Assembly: GCF_031769215.1 (NCBI RefSeq)
Contig: NW_026782404.1
Span: 62,001 to 126,000, forward strand
DNA from: Ylistrum balloti
Taxonomy: Eukaryota
Reading direction: 5' to 3'
DNA length: 64,000 nucleotides
Of the stretch, positions 50,440 through 59,800 are shown one piece after another; the first letter of the stretch is position 1; each line of letters starts with the position of its first letter. The translations under genes and the position numbers were made by a program. The notes beneath the pieces are model-generated. The model searched no databases, was not told where the DNA came from, and saw only the letters and a program-made list of their open reading frames with translations.

Positions 50440-51954
50440 TTATATATTGTTACAGCGTCTCTGAAATGCTTTGTAGGTTTGCTCTGCTTGTGAATTTTCC
50501 CTTGACCATGGGTATTTTAGTTGACATCTGCTCTCTTCTGCTTGAATCTTTTTACGTGCTCTTTTCGTACGTCCATACACTTTGGCATGCCTCTTCATAT
50601 TTCCCAAGACAGTAATTTCTAAATGTGCCTGAGCCTCAGCAGGCCTTGGCTGTATGGGCAGCAGTTCCAGCTCCTCAGTTGTTCGGTTGACAAATACCAC
50701 TTTTACAGAAGCATCTTTTTGAGTACCAGATTTATGTTTATGCATGATGTGAACTCTGCAGCTTGGGAAGCTGTAACTGAGCAGGTTACAATAGGGACAG
50801 AAATACAATGCCACTTGACTCTTTGAACTTGGTAAATAGCCTTTTAGATGCTGTGTTTTTTTCCAATGTTTATGTATTTCTGAAGCACGACTAAATGACA
50901 TATCACATGTTCTACATGTGTTAACAACTGGGAATGGGATTGTTTTAAGGGAAGCAACATTTGCCAAACTGTAACGGGTAGAAATATTATTATTATGATA
51001 CAACTGGTAGTGTTTTGCACATGACCATATTGATTCGTGTATTTGGTTACAAGATTTCCATGGACACATTGGCACGATATTGTTAACAAGAGCAACATGC
51101 TTGTCTGTAGATGTCATTAGAATGCTCTCCTTGAGAATAGATATTGCCTTACCAGTGTTCTCATCTGACATTTGAATTTTAGCTAAACTTGCTGCATTAT
51201 GTTTTTTGTCTTTGAAATGACATTTCATCAAATCTGCAGCCTCTTCATTATGATGATGTAGCTTGTGTGGCACCACAAAACCACAATAATCACACACCAG
51301 ACCTTGACTGAACTGAACACGTGGTCTCTTGGATGGTCCACTGCCTTCTGTATTGCTGCTTGAGTATTTCCTTTTAACTTGTTTGTTCTTTGATTTTCTT
51401 GTGTTTGATTCCTCCCTAACTTCAACTTCATCGCTGTCATATGTCAGGTCTACCTGTTGCTCAGAGTCAGATACAACTATATAATCATTTAACTCTTTGT
51501 CGTAATTTCTTGTCATGTATATTTCATTGTCTTCTCTGGAGCCTCTTATTGAATCTGTAAAATCTAAATAGCCAGGTTCTGAAGATCCTAAAGCATCTTC
51601 ATACCATAAATTGTTATGAAGAACTGGTTTTGTTTGAGACATATCATTGAAGGACTGTGAGGAAGAATTTCTGAAATTGTTTGAGTTGCTGTCCCCATGG
51701 TGTTCATTGTATCCATCAGACCATGGAAAGGTATATCTGTACTTCAAAGCATCTTCATGCCATAAATTGTTGTGGGGCTGTGGAGTTGGTATATAGCGAG
51801 AGCGGAATTGGTTCCCTCTATGGAAATTTGAATTCAATCCACATTTAAACAAGACTTGTTGTATATGACGGTTGTTTGAATTCCTAATGCTGTATGCTAG
51901 AGTGTCTTGGGCTCGCTGTATCATGCGATGCGAATAAAAACCGTGGTAATCCAT
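50440..51954 (-). CDS. C2H2 zinc-finger protein with tandem SIM-like motifs (ZNF451-like, tentative)
   Basis: Long open exon (acceptor TTCCAG at 52019; first in-frame ATG 51954). Four C2H2-type fingers (CDYC..HFKDKKH, CPWKSC..HYQLYH, CRTC..HWKKTQH, CPYC..HIMHKH), SIM-like YIVVSDSE and VDLTYDSDE, basic NLS-like PSKRPR. Candidate 5' UTR exons at 52255-52201 and ending at 53653. The 3' end is uncertain (stop at 50440 or donor at 50453). Confidence 0.75.
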   Translation of the reverse strand: MDYHGFYSHRMIQRAQDTLAYSIRNSNNRHIQQVLFKCGLNSNFHRGNQFRSRYIPTPQPHNNLWHEDALKYRYTFPWSDGYNEHHGDSNSNNFRNSSSQSFNDMSQTKPVLHNNLWYEDALGSSEPGYLDFTDSIRGSREDNEIYMTRNYDKELNDYIVVSDSEQQVDLTYDSDEVEVREESNTRKSKNKQVKRKYSSSNTEGSGPSKRPRVQFSQGLVCDYCGFVVPHKLHHHNEEAADLMKCHFKDKKHNAASLAKIQMSDENTGKAISILKESILMTSTDKHVALVNNIVPMCPWKSCNQIHESIWSCAKHYQLYHNNNISTRYSLANVASLKTIPFPVVNTCRTCDMSFSRASEIHKHWKKTQHLKGYLPSSKSQVALYFCPYCNLLSYSFPSCRVHIMHKHKSGTQKDASVKVVFVNRTTEELELLPIQPRPAEAQAHLEITVLGNMKRHAKVYGRTKRARKKIQAEESRCQLKYPWSRENSQAEQTYKAFQRRCNNI

Positions 51955-53229
51955 TCTGTCACAAGTATCAACAGCTTCCTTTATGTGATTACAGTGACTG
52001 ACCTCATCAGTGATGTTTCTGGAAAATATACAACACCAGTAATTATTGCAGAATTTCTTTGAGTGAGTCCAGAACACCATTTCCAAAATTGTAAACACAA
52101 TTTACTTTTTAAGAAACATGTCAGAAAAATGGTTAAACTTGTACTAGTAAAAATACTTGTAAATTTCAATAAGTGCCATAAAAAGCTGGAGATTACTTAC
52201 CAGGTTGTAAGTATTGTACAATTTTACTCACACAAATACACTGATACACTTGCATCTACAAAACCTTTGACTTGTTTTTGTTTGCTTGTTTGTTTTGTGT
52301 TTAGTAACAAATAAATTTACCTCAATTTTGGCAAGATATTTTTAAAAGCATACTTTCATGTACAGTATGATTACATACATGCTAAGGCATGTTTTTCAAG
52401 GAGATTTTTTCAGCAATTTGATTACTTGTTCTAGCCATTAACAAATCTGGATAATGTTGAAGGCACTATATATTTCTCTGGACCCAAGTTACCTGTGGAC
52501 TTTCCTTTTTTCAGATTGAACACACCTGTATATGCATAATGATCCTGCAGAAAGATAGATACTGCTTTGTGTTACAAATTTGTTACACAAATGGGGGATA
52601 ATTTAAGATAGAAACACATGAAATTAATTTACACCGTTGCGACAAGAAATGGCATAATTTTTTTGGCATGGCCTTATAACCAATATGAAACTGTAAAATT
52701 TGCATAAGAAATATTCATTTCTGTTAACCAATTCTGTGTTAAAATGATAATTTTAATAACCATTTTTTCACCTATGAGTACAGTTTTCCTTTGGGAACAT
52801 TAGAGCAAATGTCATGGGTGAGCATGAATGACATGTGTTCTACTTTTAGTTACATTATAAAATATCAGCAAAGGAAATGAAAAGTTTGTGATTTCAACTG
52901 AATCATTCATTTTTGTGTACAATTGTGCAATGTTTATTTGACCATCGAAAAAATATGGATCCCTTTTTCGTTGCAAATGCTTAAAGAAAAAAGAACTTTT
53001 TGTGTTTCTATTTAAAATTATCCTGCATTTGAGTAATACATTTACCACTGAAATCAGTCTACCTGTCACTGATCAAATGCCGGATAATTACGTATCATAA
53101 CAGTGCACTTTGTCATAAGCTTTAAGACAAGTTTTTTCCGGTTCGGGACTTATTAAAGTCCTCTATACCAGACTAAAAAAAAGTAATACAAAATATTGAC
53201 ACATTGAAAATATTTGTTATTTTACAGCT

Positions 53230-53360
53230 TTATCGTGACAGCTGGACACAATAGAGAAGTATTTCATAAGCGATCTATAGATATCATCAGGAAAATATCT
53301 TTCGGTAAGGACAGTGTGTATTTGGAATGAACTGCCAGAAAATGCTCAACAACGTTAAAT
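53230..53360 (+). mobile_element. CR1-type LINE 3' fragment
   Basis: TAGHN...IRK..SVRTVCIWNELP, in broken frames, matches the TRGH...RK..FS.RVV..WN.LP motif. Confidence 0.55.
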
Positions 53361-53652
53361 GTTCTATCCATTCAAAATAAGGTAGATGATCAATGACAAG
53401 AACTCTTCTTTGATTACAAAAGCAACAACTAAATACTAGACATCAATGTATATACACACCGGAAAGAAGTATTTGTAAAATGTGTTTATTTGTTTATTGC
53501 GAGCCTGGTATGAAGGACTCTGTTAGTCCTGAGCCAGAAAAGTTATAAGGCACGTTTTTATCTGTCTATGACAAACAAAAGTATATTTAACATCTTTGAT
53601 TACATAAATAATGAAAGATGACGTTGGAAATATACACATATATATAACTTAC

Positions 53653-53885
53653 AGTTTGGGTCGCTGCCTCGTGAAAACGCGAAAACCCTGAAAGCACGAG
53701 GAAAAGGAAGTTGCAAAATTGCTGCAGAAGGGGAATAACTCTAAACGAATTTCCGTTTATTTGCGATCAGTTGTATGTTCCAGGGAACGCGTGCTTCTCC
53801 ATATAGGCTACTCTACACTTTCTGTATGCATGTTACCACTGATTCGATGAAACAGAAGTTGTGATATTTACAATTCAAAGCTAAA
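53653..53885. promoter_or_regulatory. Bidirectional promoter region ZnF gene / XPO5
   Basis: Minus-strand donor (ACT|GTAAGT) at 53652, CpG-richer sequence, GGAAGT at ~53706, XPO5 ATG at 53886. Confidence 0.55.
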
Positions 53886-56800
53886 ATGGAGTTATCACAA
53901 GTAATTCCTACACTTACCGCAGCTGTTGAGACAATAATGAATCCTGCTGCGAGTGCTGTTGATAGAATGACAGCACACAAGGTAAAAAAATAAATAACTA
54001 TTTGGTAATTGATCACACAATATAAATATGTAAATATTATATATTTAACAGTGTAAAGGAGAATGAAAGCACATGTAAAAAACATATGATTTATAACCAG
54101 TTGTAATTCGCATCAGCCATTTTCTCTCGCTAACATTAGATAACTAGAAAGTGCATTTTAATTAGTGTTTCAATGCTGTATATCCTCAATTTATTGTTTA
54201 TACACAGATCTGCGAGGAGTTCAAGGAGACATCCCCTTTATGCATTGAATGCGGACTAGCACTTTCCCAGAGACAAAACTCTTCAATTGTCAGGCATTTT
54301 GGACTTCAACTGCTAGAACATGCCATCAAGTAAGATGTACCAGTGTAGATACACATCATTATTTGTTTTACTTAATGATCTCATTTCTATAGGCACAATT
54401 ATTATGTATGACATTATTTAGTTGTCCTCTTGATTGATAAAATAATCAAATAAAAACAGATTGTTTACTTTTAGTACCTGTTCCAAAAAATCCACAGTTT
54501 ATTAATCAGTTACATCTACAACCAACAACTCATTGTACTCTTTTTATAAAGTGACCACTGTCATGTATCCCCAATGTATGGTCACCTACGTATAGTGACC
54601 ACCATCATGTATCACTGTAGTCTGAAGAGCTCTAACTGTCTATCCGCACTTTTATTTTGTCTTGGTCGTGGACTAACAGTCAGAATTCCATCTTATATAT
54701 AAACACTGAATACTCATGCAGTATTTTATGTAGTTTACAACAGTATGATGGTTATAAATTATGCATCAATGGAAAAGATTAAACATTTTCCCACAAACTT
54801 GCAAGTGTGTTAAAGCAATTAAATGTTGTAAACCAAGTATTTCTATAAATTTTCCTTGATAAGTTTACTTTCCAACATATTCACAATAGTGGCACTATGC
54901 AGAATCTCTCTAGACTTGCAGTTGTAAATCTACCCTTCCTGCCAATGTCATGAGAATTTACTCTTTTGTTATTTACATTCTATAAATGATAAAAGTAAAA
55001 ACATGCTGTATAAACTTTAATAATTTTCCATCTGATAAGAATGAATTCATAATATTTTGAATGTAGGTATTTATAATTTTTGTTTTGTTTTTTTGTTTTT
55101 TTTTTTTTTTTGCTAACAGATTTAGATGGCAGGTATTATCTCTGAGTGAGAAGGAAGTGCTGAAGAGAAGTGCACTGGATTTCATTGCAAAGGTAATGTA
55201 TCCTGGCCTTCTAACACAACATATTGATCACAGCAAAGTTATTTCCATCTTGTATTTGGCTTTCTCTGATGTGTTTCTTTATTAAGGTACAACCATGTTT
55301 ACATTGATCTAAACTTAATTATTCTTTCTTGTGTATTAATTAAGACAGTTATATTTTCACAAATCTGGACATTTTATACATTTTTTAAGTAATGTATATG
55401 GAGCTATTTTGTATTTTTTTAAAGATAGTTATAAATATGTTTTTCAGTGATGTAAATTGAGCTATTTCATATTTATGGGACATGTATATATTTTTCAGTG
55501 ATTCAGATGGAGCTATTTTTTTTATTTATGGGACAGATTTCTATTTTTTTTTCAGTGATGTAGATGGAGCTTTTTCAGTGATGTAGATTAAGATATTTTG
55601 TGTTTAGGAAAAAGAAACACTTTCAGTGATGACGAGGATATTTTGTATTTAGGGAACACCTACACTTTCAGTGATGTATATGAGGATATTTTTTATTTAG
55701 GGAACAGCTAAATTTTCAGTGATGAAGATGAGGATATTGTGTATTTAGGGAGCATCTAAATTTTTCAGTGATGTAGATGAGGACATTTTGTATTTAGGGA
55801 ACAGCTAACATCTTGGAGGAAGAATATCACATTAAGGATGGTGTATCTCGGATCACAGTTGAACTCATCAAACGAGAGTGGCCACAAAACTGGCCGTTAC
55901 TCCTCAAAGACCTGTATGACCTGTGTTTGATGGGGGTAAGTACATATACTATTTCATAATGAATTTTTTCTTTTTGGAATGTTTCAAATGATTATGATAT
56001 TTACAAAGATAACTCTTCCTTTTGTATTCAGTTTCTGTGAAACCTGTTACTGTTTATCACCAACAGGTGTACATGTGTACTACACCCTGTAGTATATCAA
56101 AACACAAAAATTAGTTATTACCCTTTTATGGACCCATCAGTTTTGAATTGCCGTTATACAGAGACAGCTATCTTAAGGATCTATGTGGCATTTTCTATGA
56201 TATGTTTAATAACCATACATATTTTTGTAAAGCCGACCCAGACAGAACTGGTCCTGAAGACCTATCTACGATTGGCAGAGGATGTGGTGGTGTTTCAGAC
56301 CATCCCTGCAGTACGACGACGAAGTGTGATGCAGTGCTTGACAGCAAATATGGGGGACCTGTTTCAATTGTTCATCACCCTCTTGCAACAACATACAGTA
56401 AAGGTAGACTCAATCGCACAATATTAGTGTCTACCAATGTTATAAGACTTCAAATTGAAAAGTGGAATAACAATCTTTCATACTTTAATATGGACAATCC
56501 AGAAAATACATTCAGTTTAACAAAATTTATATGAAGAAAAATTTACTTTTAAAATAAGTTGCTAAAATTTGCATTTATAACAATCCAACCATATAGTTTG
56601 AACTCTATTATTTACTGTGAGAAAAATGAATGGAGATAGGTATCATTTGGCAAGATATTTGACAATAACTTCAGATGGCTGTTGTAGGTAAATGAGGACA
56701 CTCCTGATGCACGAGTGGTCAGTCAATCCAACTGTAGAGTCAGTCAAGCTCTACTGACCACCCTTGCCGGCTACCTTGACTGGATCAACATGGACCATAT

Positions 56801-59800
56801 ATTTTCTCAGAATGCCTTGCTGCTACAGATTCTTTGTTTGTTACTAAGTGACAGCAATCTCCAACTTTACGCAGCAGAGTGTTTGCTGATTATTGTCAGT
56901 AGAAAGGTTGGTGGTATTTTATACATCAACACAGGTAAAGATGTATCATTTTCATCTAAATGTTACTTTAGTGATTTGGTACAATCCTAAATTTTTATAG
57001 CAATTTTACTTACTTGCACTGATTTGAAGACAGTTTAAAAAGAGAAGAATAGAGTTATTAGAATGTGAATATATCAGTGCTGTTTTCTTTGTTTAAGGGC
57101 AAGGTTGAAGATAGAAAACCCCTCCTGGTACTGTTTAGTGAGGATGCGATGTCAATCATCTGGACAACCACTCTGTAAGTACTGTACACGTTTGTATAAT
57201 TAACTCATTCACACTGTAATTACACTGTACATGTCTGTAGTACACATCAGGTCCACCACTCTGTAAGTACTGTACATGTTTGTATAATTAACTCATTCAC
57301 ACTGTACTTACACTGTACATGTCTGTAGTACACATCAGGTCCACCACTCTGTAAGTACTGTACATGTTTGTATAATTAACTCATTCACACTGTACTTACA
57401 CTGTACATGTCTGTAGTACACATCAGGTCCACCACTCTGTACACACCTGTATCTATTTACTGTACAAACCTGTATATCTAAACTCTACACACCTGTATCA
57501 CTACACTATACACACCTGTATCACTACACTGTACACACCTGTATCACTACACTGTACACACCTGTATCATTATACTGTACACACCTGTATATCTAAACTA
57601 TACACACCTGTATCACTACACTGTACACACCTGTATCACTACACTGTACACACCTGTATCACTACACTATACACACCTGTATCACTACACTGTACATACC
57701 TGTATCACTACACTGTACATACCTGTATCACTACACTGTATATACCTGTATCACTACACTGTACACACCTGTATCACTACACTGTACACACCTGTATCAC
57801 TACACTACACTGTACACACCTGTATCACTACACTGTACACACCTGTATCACTACACTGTACACACCTGTATCACTACACTGTACATACCTGTATCACTAC
57901 ACTGTACACACCTGTATCACTACACTGTACACACCTGTATCAATACACTGTATATACCTGTATCAATACACTGTACATACCTGTATCACTATACTGTACA
58001 TACCTGTATCACTACACTGTACACACCTGTATCACTACACTGTACATACCTGTATCACTACACTGTACATACCTGTATCATTACACTGTACACACCTGTA
58101 TCACTACACTGTACATACCTGTATCACTACACTGTACACACCTGTATCACTACACTGTACATACCTGTATCACTACACTGTACATACCTGTATCATTACA
58201 CTGTACACACCTGTATCACTACACTGTACACACCTGTATCACTACACTGTACACACCTGTATCACTACACTGTACACACCTGTATCACTTCACTGTACAT
58301 ACCTGTATCACTATACTGTACACACCTGTATCACTGGGATGTACACACCTATATCTCTGCACTGTATATACCTGTATCATTACACTGTACACACCTGTAT
58401 CACTACACTGTACACACCTGTATCACTACACTATACACACCTGTATCACTACACTGTACATACCTGTATCACTACACTGTACATACCTGTATTACTACAC
58501 TGTATATACCTGTATCACTACACTGTACACACCTGTATCACTACACTGTACACACCTGTATCAATACACTGTACATACCTGTATCACTACACTGTATATC
58601 AGGCATGTGAAATTTCCGCCAATTGGCGGATTTCCGATTTTTTAACAAAAAAATCCGATTTTTAGAAATATTTTTCCGATTTTTTTCGTCGGTAAAAAAA
58701 TCCGGATTTGTGGTGTCCGTTTTCGTTTTGCAGTTTATACTTGCCTGAAGTAGATCGTAGAAACGCTTGGATCAACGTAGGTAGTCAAAGCATCAAGTAC
58801 ACACTGATTTAAAGTGCCCGTATGTTACATATCGACCTTGACATGATAATGTTATGTTTTAAAAGGACTTAAGGCAATATGAGTCACCGGAAAGATATAA
58901 TAGAACGAGGTAGTGTGAAGGACGTTGATGTCGGCGTGCGAAACGCATGGAAATGGAGTTGGCTAGAAAAAGAAGTTGAAGGCAGTTTGTTGTCAGCGTG
59001 CATCTACAAAATTGAAGAAGCTGGGAAAGCATATTGTCGGCTTTGCTCGAAGGAGATAAACTATGCCAGTAGGGGTTACAAGACCATAGAGGCCCATGTT
59101 AAATCAGAGAAACATCGAAAACACAAGGAAGCAAAAAAGAGCAGTTATTCTTTGGCCGGTAAGTTGTGTTGCAGTTTATTGTTTTCATTCGAAAAAACGA
59201 AAAAAAAGCAAATAAAAAATTTAATCCCAAATAAAAATTAAAGACGATAATGATAAGATTTGGTATAAAACGGCTAAAAAATATAAATATTTGATATCAA
59301 TAAAAACAGCTAAGCAAGATGATATAAATAACTGTACATGTATTTAATAAATATAAATAAATAAAATTAAAACGTATTCTAATAAATAATACAAAAATTA
59401 AAAGGCTCAGTGTTATTTTCCCGTATTCCCTATTAAGATTTTATTTATAGAAATATTTTATAATTCTTAAAAGTTTATAATTAAATCAATGCAAACTTGG
59501 GCCTAAATTAAAACATATTCTAATAAATAATACAAAAATAAAAAGGCTCAGTGTTATTTTCCCGTATTCCCTATTAAGATTTTATTTATAGAAACATTTT
59601 ATAATTCTTAAAAGTTTATAATTAAATCAATGCAAACTTGGCCCAAGTATACAGGCATCAGCTCAGTATTTGTTCTTTTATATTTTACAGGATTATTTTC
59701 ATCTGGTGCCAGATCTAATGACACACATGAACCTTATGGACTACACCCATCGCTGAACGGAAAATTGTCAGGCTCAGTCACCAGTCAGTCCAGTGACATC

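Noticed and set aside
52021-52098. N-terminal MFTILEMVFW... of the 552-aa ORF
   Set aside because: Lies upstream of a clear TTCCAG acceptor at 52019; intronic read-through.
54183-54190. TCCTCAAT resembling a U12 branch point in XPO5 intron 1
   Set aside because: The donor is GTAAAA (U2-type) and the match is imperfect.
59630-59690. ATG 59630 as transposase start
   Set aside because: Falls within the intron; the BED-finger exon at 58879 splices in phase to 59691.
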